In this document: in pieces, positions 8,868 to 16,532 of the stretch
How the letters are laid out: each line of letters begins with the position of its first letter
Numbering within the stretch: position 1 is the first letter of the stretch
From: Candidatus Methylomirabilis sp.
GTDB taxonomy: Bacteria > Methylomirabilota > Methylomirabilia > Methylomirabilales > Methylomirabilaceae
Direction of reading: 5' to 3'
Assembly (NCBI GenBank): GCA_041498975.1
Contig: JBGQJI010000044.1
Location: 1 to 16,857, forward strand
Length of the DNA stretch: 16,857 nt
Made by a program: the position numbers and the translations under genes
The notes under the pieces: generated by a model
Told to the model about the DNA's origin: nothing
The model's input: the letters and a program-made list of their open reading frames with translations, nothing else
Databases searched by the model: none

Positions 8868-9176
8868 ATGAGTGACCAGCCAAAATCGACCGTTGAGTTG
8901 ATCTGCCCTTGCTGTCAAGCGCGGCTGACCGTTGACCCCGAACTTGGAGCGGTCCTACATCACGAGCTGCCGCCCAAGGTGGCGTCGATCACCGATCTGC
9001 AAGCCGCCGTCGAGGAGCTGAAGGGCGAGGCGGGCAAGCGGGAGGCTCGGTTCAAAGAGTCGATGGAGGCCGAGAAGGACAAGGCCAAACTCCTGGAGCG
9101 GAAATTCAAGGACCTCCTCAAAAAGGCAAAGGACGAACCGATCACCCGCCCCACCCGCGAAATCGATTTGGACTGA
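8868..9176 (+). CDS. Hypothetical protein (102 aa): N-terminal CPCC knuckle and charged coiled-coil C-terminus
   Basis: Fills an intergenic gap on the operon strand; ICPCCQARL then a Lys/Glu-rich helix; protein-like composition. Confidence 0.85.
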   Translation: MSDQPKSTVELICPCCQARLTVDPELGAVLHHELPPKVASITDLQAAVEELKGEAGKREARFKESMEAEKDKAKLLERKFKDLLKKAKDEPITRPTREIDLD

Positions 9177-9197
9177 TATGCGCGGGGAAAGTCATGT

Positions 9198-9289
9198 GTC
9201 ATCGCGAGGACCCAGAGCAAAGCGAAGGGGACCGAAGCGATCTCAAACAAGGCGAGATTGCCGCGCTCCTTTCAGTCGCTCGCAATGAC
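9198..9289. repeat. Palindromic REP/MITE-like element, copy 1 (GTCATYGCGAG...CTCGCAATGAC family)
   Basis: Terminal IR GTCATCGCGAG / CTCGCAATGAC; inner IR GCGATCTC / GAGATTGC; homologous to 14039-14141 and 16435-16532. Confidence 0.85.
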
Positions 9290-9321
9290 GATGTTACAGG
9301 GTTTGGCGCGTTTGTAGTAGA

Positions 9322-9373
9322 CCCTCCCCAGGCCCTCCTCCCCAGTTGAAGGGAAGCGCGCAAGGGAGAGAGG
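9322..9373. repeat. CCCTC(TC)CCC...GGGAGAG palindromic repeat, copy 1 (degenerate)
   Basis: CCCTCCCCAGGCCCTCCTCCCC...GGGAGAGAGG; inverted relative to the copies at 12058 and 15729. Confidence 0.5.
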
Positions 9374-9400
9374 TGGTCTTCGCCGGAGGCTAGAAGGCAC

Positions 9401-9991
9401 ATGGAGAAACCGGCCCCGGTGGCCCATCCCATCGAACTGCTGCTTCAACGTCGATGGAGCCCGCGGGCATTTTCCGATAAGCCCGTTGAGCGGGAAGCGT
9501 TGCTCAGGTTCTTCGAGGCGGCCCGGTGGGCTCCGTCCTCGTATAATGAGCAGCCGTGGCGGTATGTCGTGGTGACCCGGGAGAATCCGGATGGGCTGAA
9601 AGAGGCGCAGAGCGTCTTGTCTTCCGGAAATGCGTGGGCCAGCAAGGCACCGGTCTTGATCTGCACTCTTGCCCAACTCGCCTTCGCCAGGAACGGCAAA
9701 CCCAACCGCCACGCCTTCCACGATGTTGGTGCGGCTTCAGAAAACCTGCTATTGCAGGCTACCGCGCTCGGCCTGTTCGGTCATCAAATGGCCGGCTTCG
9801 ACGTGGAAAAGGCGCGCGCGGTCTTCGAGGTCCCGGAGGGGTACGAGCCGGTTGCGATGATGGCGCTGGGCTACCCCGCAGATTGGGAGTCGCTGGCGGA
9901 GGAGCAAAGAGCGTACGAGCAGCGCCCACGGGTGCGACGATCCATCGAGGAGTTCGTCTACGAGGGTCGCTTTGGCAATCCGATAGCATAA
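9401..9991 (+). CDS. Nitroreductase family protein (FMN-dependent)
   Basis: RRWSPRAFS, EAARWAPSSYNEQPWRY, HDVGAASENLLLQATALGL, HQMAGFD, ALGYP. Confidence 0.95.
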   Translation: MEKPAPVAHPIELLLQRRWSPRAFSDKPVEREALLRFFEAARWAPSSYNEQPWRYVVVTRENPDGLKEAQSVLSSGNAWASKAPVLICTLAQLAFARNGKPNRHAFHDVGAASENLLLQATALGLFGHQMAGFDVEKARAVFEVPEGYEPVAMMALGYPADWESLAEEQRAYEQRPRVRRSIEEFVYEGRFGNPIA

Positions 9992-10043
9992 TCGATCTGA
10001 CAGATTACGTTCAAATGTGGGAAATCCAGGGGAGGAGAACTCC

Positions 10044-10910
10044 GTGGACGAAATCGGAACGGTCAAGCTGGCAAAAGGCGTGACGCGGCGCGAACTGCTG
10101 ATCGGCCTGGGCGCCGCCGGGTTCGCCCTGGCGGCGGGGCCGGTCTCTGCCGAACGGATCACGACTTCGTCCGAGGGCTTGGCCGTCGCGGATATCACGA
10201 TTAGGAGCGGTAGCGACACGATCCCGGCCTACGAGGCGAGGCCGGCGTCGCCTGGCCGCTACCCGGTCATCATCGTTATCCATGAGATCTTCGGACTACA
10301 CGAATACATCAGAGATGTCGCTCGTCGCTTTGCCAAGGAAGGGTATTATGCTGTGGCGCCAGAGCTCTACTCTCGCGAGGGCGGGGCCGGCAGGCTGCCG
10401 GACATCCAGGAGGTGCTCGCCCTTGTCGGCAAGGTCTCCGATCGTCAGGTCCTCCAGGACCTCTCCTCGGTGGTCGAGCATGCTCGCGGGCAATCGTGGG
10501 CGCAAGCCGGTCGTGTGGGCGCGACAGGCTTCTGCTGGGGTGGCCGGATGACCTGGCTCTTTGCGGCCCACGAGAAGAACCTCAAGGCGGGAGTGGCCTG
10601 GTACGGCCCGCTCGGGCCGTGGCGAGGGCGACGGGACGACGCCCATCCGCAGGCGGCACTCGATCTGACCGAACAGCTCCTCTGCCCGGTCCTGGGGCTT
10701 TACGGCGAGGCGGATGAGGGCATCCCCGTGTCGACCGTCCGAGAGATGGAAGCCCAGCTCAAAGCACACCACAAGACGGCCGAGCTTGTGGTGTATCCCG
10801 GGGCACCTCACGGGTTTTTTGCCGATTACCGGGCCACCTATCGAGCGGAGGTCGCCAAGGATGCCTGGAAACGGGCGCTCGGCTGGTTCGCCAAGCACCT
10901 GAAGGCGTAG
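10044..10910 (+). CDS. Dienelactone hydrolase family protein with twin-arginine signal peptide
   Basis: Start likely GTG 10044 (GGAGGAG at 10031-10037; track start 10017 is in frame); TRRELL, hydrophobic stretch and PVSA cleavage site; HEIFGL, nucleophile GFCWGG, Asp in EADEG, His in PHGF. Confidence 0.93.
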   Translation: MDEIGTVKLAKGVTRRELLIGLGAAGFALAAGPVSAERITTSSEGLAVADITIRSGSDTIPAYEARPASPGRYPVIIVIHEIFGLHEYIRDVARRFAKEGYYAVAPELYSREGGAGRLPDIQEVLALVGKVSDRQVLQDLSSVVEHARGQSWAQAGRVGATGFCWGGRMTWLFAAHEKNLKAGVAWYGPLGPWRGRRDDAHPQAALDLTEQLLCPVLGLYGEADEGIPVSTVREMEAQLKAHHKTAELVVYPGAPHGFFADYRATYRAEVAKDAWKRALGWFAKHLKA

Positions 10911-10962
10911 GCGAGGGCAAGGCCGAAGGGCCTGGACGGTTCGAGAGGCGTTTTCCCAGCCG

Positions 10963-11994
10963 ATGCAAGCCCACGATCTGCTCGGCACCATCCTCAAGCA
11001 AGTCAGCCGCTCGTTTTATCTGACCCTGAAGGTTCTCCCGCGCAGCGTCCGGCGACCCATCGGTCTTGCCTACCTGTTCGCCCGCGCAGCGGACACCATC
11101 GCGGACACCGCCCTCATTTGCCGCGCCGACCGCCTGAAATACCTTGAAGTGTTCCGTGAGGCGTTCAGGGTTGGGGAGGCCGGACGTCTGCGGGCGATCA
11201 GCGAGGCTCTCTCGACAGCCCAGCAGAACGTGGCGGAACGAGAACTGCTGGCTCGCTTCGACGAGGCGTTTACCTTCCTCGGCACCATCGATCCGGTGGA
11301 CCAGTCGATGGTCCGGAGCCTGATCCTCACACTGACGGAAGGGATGGTCATGGATCTCGCCACCTTCCCTGGCGAGGACGAGGGTCGGCTGGTGGCATTG
11401 GAGACGCGGGCCGACCTTGACCGCTACACCTACTACGTCGCGGGGTGCGTGGGAGAATTCTGGACGGATATCCATATGGCCCATCGCCTCTCGCTCGTCG
11501 GATGGGACCGGGAGGCGATGGCGCGGCTTGGAGTCCGGTTCGGGAAGGGTCTCCAGATGACCAATGTGTTGCGCGATCTCCCCAAGGACCTCCGAATAGG
11601 GCGCTGCTATCTTCCCCGGCAAGAGCTGGAGGCACTGGGTCTCCGGCCGGCCGACCTGCTCGACCAGACAGCGATCGTCAAGATCAAACCACTGCTGCGG
11701 GACCTCCTCGCGCTCACCCTCGACCACTACCGGGAGGGCTGGGCCTACACGCTCGCGATCCCAAGGCGTGAAATACGAATGCGCCTGGCCTGTGCCTGGC
11801 CGCTATTCATCGGACTTAAAACGCTGGCACTGATCGGTGAGTCCCCGAACCTGCTCGATCCAAGCATGGCGATCAAAATCCGGCGATCGGCGGTCTACGC
11901 GACCATGGCGCGCTCCTTCGCTCTGGTCGCCTCCAACGTGGCTCTCGACCGGTACTACCGGGCGTTGCGGCAAAGGGTGGCGCTTCGCTCCTGA
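10963..11994 (+). CDS. Squalene/phytoene synthase family protein (farnesyl-diphosphate farnesyltransferase-like)
   Basis: VSRSF, YLFARAADTIAD, LDRYTYYVAGCVGEF, GLQMTNVLRDLPKDLRIGRCYLP, KIRR motifs of head-to-head prenyltransferases. Confidence 0.92.
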   Translation: MQAHDLLGTILKQVSRSFYLTLKVLPRSVRRPIGLAYLFARAADTIADTALICRADRLKYLEVFREAFRVGEAGRLRAISEALSTAQQNVAERELLARFDEAFTFLGTIDPVDQSMVRSLILTLTEGMVMDLATFPGEDEGRLVALETRADLDRYTYYVAGCVGEFWTDIHMAHRLSLVGWDREAMARLGVRFGKGLQMTNVLRDLPKDLRIGRCYLPRQELEALGLRPADLLDQTAIVKIKPLLRDLLALTLDHYREGWAYTLAIPRREIRMRLACAWPLFIGLKTLALIGESPNLLDPSMAIKIRRSAVYATMARSFALVASNVALDRYYRALRQRVALRS

Positions 11995-12057
11995 GCCAAC
12001 ATGTGTGCGCCCTCGCTCTCTCGCGAGGGAAGATGGTTTGTCATAGCCCGCTCGTAT

Positions 12058-12092
12058 CCCCTCTCCACCATATGGAGGAGAGGGCGAGGGGG
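12058..12092. repeat. CCCTCTCC-loop-GGAGAGGG palindromic repeat, copy 2
   Basis: CCCTCTCC (12059-12066) / GGAGAGGG (12077-12084) followed by CGAGGGGG. Confidence 0.6.
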
Positions 12093-12104
12093 ACTTTCCG
12101 AGCG

Positions 12105-12401
12105 ATGACGCAGAGTGGGGAGCGGGTCAGGGCCCATGTCTGGATCACCGGACGGGTGCAAGGCGTCGCGTTCCGCGCGTACACCGTCGATGAGGCGTCG
12201 GCCAGAGGGGTGGGCGGCTGGGTGCGGAACACCCCCGATGGTCGCGTTGAATCGGTGTTTGAGGGGGATCGGGCGGCGGTCGAGGCGATGATCGCCTGGT
12301 GTCGGAAGGGCCCTCCAGCCGCGCGGGTCAGCTCGGTTGATGTCGTCTGGGAGGAGCCGAAGGGCGAACGCGACTTCGGGGTTCGGTATTCAGCGCCCTG
12401 A
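12105..12401 (+). CDS. acyP: Acylphosphatase
   Basis: GRVQGVAFR and GWVRNTPDGRVE signatures, GPPAARV; start moved to ATG 12105 (98 aa) because the longer track ORF runs through repeat sequence. Confidence 0.95.
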   Translation: MTQSGERVRAHVWITGRVQGVAFRAYTVDEASARGVGGWVRNTPDGRVESVFEGDRAAVEAMIAWCRKGPPAARVSSVDVVWEEPKGERDFGVRYSAP

Positions 12402-12428
12402 AGATCCTGGAGCAGCAAGAGGCCGAAC

Positions 12429-12716
12429 TCATGACCTTTCGTCTCGACGAAGGAGCCGAAGCGTCTCTTCGTAGATTGTGCGGCGAGGCCCCACCGCCAC
12501 GAGATCTACTGCCCCCGAAGCGACTCGATAGACAATCCGAAGCCGCCCGACGCCAACGCTCCGCAACCCGAGAAGTTTATCTCTCAGGGCTTTGCCCACG
12601 TCGGGTTTGACGACCACCGACTCCAGCGCGGCTCTGACCTTCTTCTTGAGCGTGGGATGCATATGCTGGATGAGGGTACGGACGTCTTCAGGAATGAGGA
12701 GCCTGCGAGGTGTCAC
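12429..12716 (-). CDS. Type II TA toxin, RelE/ParE family
   Basis: 95 aa, basic; GKALRDKLLGLRS.GVGRLRIVY, VAVGPRRTIY; immediately downstream of the antitoxin. Confidence 0.88.
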   Translation of the reverse strand: MTPRRLLIPEDVRTLIQHMHPTLKKKVRAALESVVVKPDVGKALRDKLLGLRSVGVGRLRIVYRVASGAVDLVAVGPRRTIYEETLRLLRRDERS

Positions 12717-12734
12717 CTGTGTGCTCTGGTACTG

Positions 12735-13001
12735 TCACTGGTCATCCCCGAATAGCTCCTCCAGTGTGTAAAGCCGCTTTGTTCGCGCGAGGGAGCGTAG
12801 TCCACGCCGAATCTCTTTCATCATCTCAGCGCTTGACTGGATCACAATGGTCTCATGCCAACTGTCGAACTCTTCCGGGCTGATCAAAACTGCCGCCGGC
12901 CTCCCGTTTCGGGTGATTGTAATTTGTTCATCCTTCGAAATGATTTCCTCGATGAGCTGGCTCAGCTTCGTCTTGACTTCCGACAGAGGGAGCATCTTCA
13001 T
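12735..13001 (-). CDS. Type II TA antitoxin, Phd/YefM family
   Basis: LSEVKTKLSQLI, ITITRNGRPAAVLISPEEF, C-terminal TLEELF; AGGAGG RBS (CCTCCT at 13011-13016). Confidence 0.95.
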   Translation of the reverse strand: MKMLPLSEVKTKLSQLIEEIISKDEQITITRNGRPAAVLISPEEFDSWHETIVIQSSAEMMKEIRRGLRSLARTKRLYTLEELFGDDQ

Positions 13002-13022
13002 GGGATTGGTCCTCCTATAGAT

Positions 13023-13070
13023 TGACCTGAATCATGACCAGATTCTGACACGCAGGGACGGTCCTGTCAA
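13023..13070 (-). promoter_or_regulatory. sigma70 promoter and candidate operator of the TA operon
   Basis: Minus strand TTGACA (13065-13070), 17 nt, CAGAAT (13042-13047) with TG extension; TGAC(C/A) repeats at 13023, 13035, 13046. Confidence 0.7.
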
Positions 13071-13086
13071 ATTCCTTTCAGCTTCG

Positions 13087-13959
13087 TCATCCGGTCTCCG
13101 CTGGGTTCTGCGGATCATGCTCCCACTCGTACCAGGAGCCAGCGAAGTTGGCGGCGGCAGGATGGCCGATCAGCTTGAGTGCGAGGAGGCCGAGCGCGGC
13201 TGAAACACCGGCGTTGCAGTAGGTAATGGCGCGTTTATCGAGAGTGACGCCGGTTGCCTCGAAGGTGTGCCGCAGATCGGCCTCCGAGTTGAACGTTTTA
13301 TACTCTCCGCTGACGAGAGTGGCCGTGGGAACATTACACGCGCCCGGGATCCGCCCCTTCCGGTTGCCCCGTCCGATCTCGCCATGAAATTCAGGTGGGG
13401 AGCGAAGGTCTACCAGCACAACGGCTGGGTCACCGATGGCGGCTCGCACCTCAGGACTGCCCGCCCGCAACTCCGGTTGAATTCTGGGTGTAAGGGCCGC
13501 AGGCTGGTGATGCGGGATTTCCGCTGTCACCGGGTGCCCCTCCGCGATCCACTTTCGAAAGCCGCCGTTGAGGACCTTGACCGCGGGATGGCCGTAGTAA
13601 TTCAAGGCCCACCACAAGCGCGCCGCGATCTGCCCGGCGCCGCCTTCGTAGACGACAACGGTGTGCTCATCGCCGATCCCCAGCCGGCCCATGAGCGCGG
13701 CGAACCGCCTTGGGCTGGCTAGCGTCATCTTCACCGGCGCCCCCGGCTCCGTGATGTCTGCCGCCCAATCCACGAACACCGCCCCTGGGATGTGGGCCTC
13801 GAGGTAGGCGTTCCGATTGCCAAAGTAATGGGGGTGTGGCGCATCCGGAGGCTTGATAATCCCCCTGATGTCCACAATCCGAATCGACGGATCCGAGAGG
13901 TGGTCGGCCAGCCAGTCGGTCTCGGCCAACAGGCGTGCCCGTCGGGTGATTGACTCCAT
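13087..13959 (-). CDS. Two-domain sulfurtransferase (rhodanese / 3-mercaptopyruvate sulfurtransferase family)
   Basis: YLEAHIPGAV, AARLWWAL, VKVLNGG, LVDLRSPPEF, GRIPGA, active site YCNAGVSA, FAGSWYEW; AAGGAG RBS. Confidence 0.95.
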   Translation of the reverse strand: MESITRRARLLAETDWLADHLSDPSIRIVDIRGIIKPPDAPHPHYFGNRNAYLEAHIPGAVFVDWAADITEPGAPVKMTLASPRRFAALMGRLGIGDEHTVVVYEGGAGQIAARLWWALNYYGHPAVKVLNGGFRKWIAEGHPVTAEIPHHQPAALTPRIQPELRAGSPEVRAAIGDPAVVLVDLRSPPEFHGEIGRGNRKGRIPGACNVPTATLVSGEYKTFNSEADLRHTFEATGVTLDKRAITYCNAGVSAALGLLALKLIGHPAAANFAGSWYEWEHDPQNPAETG

Positions 13960-13985
13960 GCTTTGCTCCTTTCTGGTGATGGCTC

Positions 13986-14014
13986 AGGGTAGCCGGCAAG
14001 GCCCGCCCTGTCAA
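13986..14014 (-). promoter_or_regulatory. sigma70 promoter of the sulfurtransferase gene
   Basis: Minus strand TTGACA (14009-14014), 17 nt, TACCCT (13986-13991). Confidence 0.65.
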
Positions 14015-14038
14015 GGGCCCAAGAACATAGGCGCCGAT

Positions 14039-14141
14039 TGTCATTGCGAGCGCAGCGAAGCAATCTCGTCACTGTGCGCTGAGATTGCCACGCACCCTTC
14101 GACTCAGCTCAGGACAGGCCCTTCGGGTGCTCGCAATGACA
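14039..14141. repeat. Palindromic REP/MITE-like element, copy 2 (most intact)
   Basis: Perfect 13-bp terminal IR TGTCATTGCGAGC / GCTCGCAATGACA; inner GCAATCTC / GAGATTGC; internal module at 14095-14120. Confidence 0.9.
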
Positions 14142-14189
14142 GACAAATGGATCGTTAGATTGTTACCGCTCTCGGGAAGGACTGGCTCG

Positions 14190-14218
14190 TTGCACTCGGC
14201 AGACGAACGACCTACAAT
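14190..14218 (+). promoter_or_regulatory. sigma70 promoter of yktB-like/tatD
   Basis: TTGCAC (14190-14195), 17 nt, TACAAT (14213-14218). Confidence 0.65.
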
Positions 14219-14283
14219 CGGGGAAGCGATCCGTGGTTGAGGAGAAAACCCAAGAGAGCGCGTTGTTCCCGAGGAGGTTGAAA

Positions 14284-14913
14284 ATGGCCTTTGATGGTTT
14301 TACCGAACGGGACTTTCAGGTGTTCGCAATCCCAGATTTCGCAGGCCGGATGGCGGCAATCAGGAGGCAGATTCAACCAAAGCTCTTCAGCTTGGCGGAG
14401 GAGATCGGCCCGAAGCTCAAGGCGACAGTTGGGAGTGGGGTCTTCTCTCACGTGGCAAAGCACATGCGCCGGACGGTTAACCCACCAGACGACACCTGGG
14501 TGGCCTTCGGCCCCGAGAAACGCGGATACAAGAAGGCCCAGCACTTCAAGGTCGCGATCTCGCGTCGTTGTATCAGGTTCCTGTTCGAGGTCGGGCCGGA
14601 GTACGCCAACAAGGCGAAGTGGGCAGCGACATGGCAGCGCGAGGCTGGCCGGCTGGCGTCGGCGCTCAAGAAAGGCTCGGCGCTCGGCTGGTACAAGAAC
14701 GAGCATGACGAGGAGCCGGCCGCCCTTCTCGCGAGCCTCTCCACCCGGGAGATTGGAGGGCTAGCGGGGGATCTCTTGAGACGCAAAGACGGTCAACTTG
14801 TCTTCGGCCGCCGGCTCGATGAGGCCGAAGCGCTTCGCCTGACGCCTCAGGGCTTCGAGCGGGGGGCGCTGGCCACATTCGCAGAGCTCTCTCCGCTCTT
14901 TCGGCTTGGCTGA
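14284..14913 (+). CDS. DUF1054 / UPF0637 (YktB-like) protein
   Basis: Start ATG 14284 with GAGGAGG at 14271-14277; FTERDFQVF, HVAKHMRRTVNPPDDTWVAF and RGYKK match my recollection of Bacillus YktB. Confidence 0.85.
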   Translation: MAFDGFTERDFQVFAIPDFAGRMAAIRRQIQPKLFSLAEEIGPKLKATVGSGVFSHVAKHMRRTVNPPDDTWVAFGPEKRGYKKAQHFKVAISRRCIRFLFEVGPEYANKAKWAATWQREAGRLASALKKGSALGWYKNEHDEEPAALLASLSTREIGGLAGDLLRRKDGQLVFGRRLDEAEALRLTPQGFERGALATFAELSPLFRLG

Positions 14914-14933
14914 GACGACAGCGCCACCAGGGG

Positions 14934-15701
14934 ATGAACATGGAGCTGATCGACGCCCACGCCCACATGAATGCGGAGGCATTCGAGGACGATCTGCCCG
15001 CTGTCCTGGCCGCCGCTGAGTCGGCGGGGGTCAGGGCCATTCTTGCGGTGAGCGAGACCGTCGCCGACGCCCGGCTGAATCTTGAGTTGGCAGACCGCCA
15101 CCCGATCATCCGCCCATGCGCCGGCCTCCACCCGACGGTAGTCGATCTCGAGGCGGCAGAGGCGATGGTCGCATTGATCCGGGCGCACCGGGATCGCCTA
15201 ACGGCGATCGGAGAAGTGGGGTTGGACTACTGGATCGTGCAGGAGCCGGAACGGCAAACAATCCAGCGGGAGATCTTCGGTCGGTTCATCGGCCTGTCGA
15301 ATGAACTGGATCTGCCGCTCAACGTCCATTCCCGCTCGGCGGGCCGCCACGTCATCGCCTTTCTCCGGGAGCATGGCGCCATGCAGGTCCTGCTACATGC
15401 CTTCGACGGCAAGGCCTCTGCTGCCATGGTCGGCGTCGAGCTGGGCTACTACTTCTCGATCCCGCCCTCGATCGTTCGCTCGCCGCAAAAGCAGAAGCTG
15501 GTGCGACACCTGCCACTCGAGCGGCTCCTCCTCGAATCGGATGCGCCGGTTCTTGGCCCCGACCCAGCGGCCAGAAACGAGCCGAAGAACGTCCGCCTTG
15601 CCTGCGATGCCATCGCGCAGATCAAAGCCCTGTCCGCAAAGGAGGTCGCCCGCATCACCACCGAAAACGCCCGCCGCCTCTTCCCTCGTGCCTTCTCGTG
15701 A
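14934..15701 (+). CDS. tatD: TatD-family metal-dependent hydrolase/DNase
   Basis: DAHAH, GLHP, IGEVGLDY, VHSR, LHAF, LLESDAP, RNEP, TTENARRLF; start may be 14940. Confidence 0.95.
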   Translation: MNMELIDAHAHMNAEAFEDDLPAVLAAAESAGVRAILAVSETVADARLNLELADRHPIIRPCAGLHPTVVDLEAAEAMVALIRAHRDRLTAIGEVGLDYWIVQEPERQTIQREIFGRFIGLSNELDLPLNVHSRSAGRHVIAFLREHGAMQVLLHAFDGKASAAMVGVELGYYFSIPPSIVRSPQKQKLVRHLPLERLLLESDAPVLGPDPAARNEPKNVRLACDAIAQIKALSAKEVARITTENARRLFPRAFS

Positions 15702-15728
15702 CTGGCAAACGCACCTCCTCTCCATGAT

Positions 15729-15767
15729 CCTCTCCCCCAATCGTGGGGGAGAGGGAGGAATGAGGGG
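15729..15767. repeat. CCTCTCCCCC-loop-GGGGGAGAGG palindromic repeat, copy 3, between convergent genes
   Basis: 11-bp perfect stem CCTCTCCCCCA/TGGGGGAGAGG with ATCG loop, followed by TGAGGGG; no U-tract. Confidence 0.65.
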
Positions 15768-15779
15768 ATGGAGCGGTCA

Positions 15780-16394
15780 CTAAGACTTCGCACGCATCAA
15801 CACCAGCCATTCCGCGCCCTGACGTCCCTTCGCGGAATCAGTCGGCACCCAGGCTCCTTCAAAGCTGAAGTGGGGTTCTAAGAGGCGGCGGACCTCTGCC
15901 TTGCTGACCGGGAATGGTGGACCGCCACTGCCGTTCCACAGGGGGAAGAAAAGAGCCAGGAGCCACCCCGACGGCTTCAGGATCCGGCGAACCAACTCGA
16001 CATATTCGGCGCGTCGCGGCGGGTCGATGGCGCAGAAGCAGGTGTACTCCCAGACGCCATCGAAGAAGGTGGGATACCGTGCGGGAAGGTCGAAGATGTC
16101 GAGCTGTTCGGGCTGCGCCGCCCCATCACGCGGCCCGGTTAGACGGCGGGCTGCCTCGATGGCGGCCGCCGAAAAGTCGAACCCCCAAGTCTCATACCCA
16201 TGCCGGGCGAAGAGGCGGACATCGTGCCCCCTCCCGCAACCCAGCACGGCAACTCGCCCGTGGGGCAGCGCCTGCCGCTCGAGGAATGAGACGAGGGGCG
16301 GTGCGGGCCCGCCCAGCTCCCACGGCTCCCTTCCCGCGGCATACATCGTCTCCCAAAAGGCGGGGTCGCTAACGGTAGGCTTTCGCGCCGGCAT
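15780..16394 (-). CDS. Class I SAM-dependent methyltransferase, thiopurine/thiol (TPMT-like) family
   Basis: FWETMY..PWELG, motif I VLGCGRGHD, GFDFS, EYTCFCAIDP, LKPSG, GPPFPV. Confidence 0.9.
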   Translation of the reverse strand: MPARKPTVSDPAFWETMYAAGREPWELGGPAPPLVSFLERQALPHGRVAVLGCGRGHDVRLFARHGYETWGFDFSAAAIEAARRLTGPRDGAAQPEQLDIFDLPARYPTFFDGVWEYTCFCAIDPPRRAEYVELVRRILKPSGWLLALFFPLWNGSGGPPFPVSKAEVRRLLEPHFSFEGAWVPTDSAKGRQGAEWLVLMRAKS

Positions 16395-16434
16395 CTCATG
16401 GATCCGCGAATGAGGATAGGCGCGCCAGGGGAAG

Positions 16435-16532
16435 TGTCATCGCGAGGGAGCCGCGCGATGACACTGCGTGTCGGATTGCCGCGTTCCCTTCGACGAAGCT
16501 CAGGGCAGGCCCGTTGGTCGCTCGCAATGACA
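16435..16532. repeat. Palindromic REP/MITE-like element, copy 3 (rearranged)
   Basis: TGTCATCGCGAG...CTCGCAATGACA; left end forms its own 12-bp hairpin (16433-16465); internal module at 16486-16511. Confidence 0.85.

Noticed and set aside
12003..12104. N-terminal extension of acylphosphatase
   Set aside because: Runs through palindromic repeats; family length fits the 12105 start.
13017..13025. ATAGATTGA shared between the TA promoter and the rrf2 leader (4121-4129)
   Set aside because: 9-mer in opposite transcriptional orientation with no further similarity; likely chance.
12402..13086. TA module as a discrete mobile element
   Set aside because: No flanking direct or inverted repeats or recombinase seen.
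9198..16532. Repeats as CRISPR array, integron attC sites or tRNAs
   Set aside because: Dispersed with no regular spacers, no cas or integrase genes, no RYYYAAC/GTTRRRY cores, no cloverleaf.
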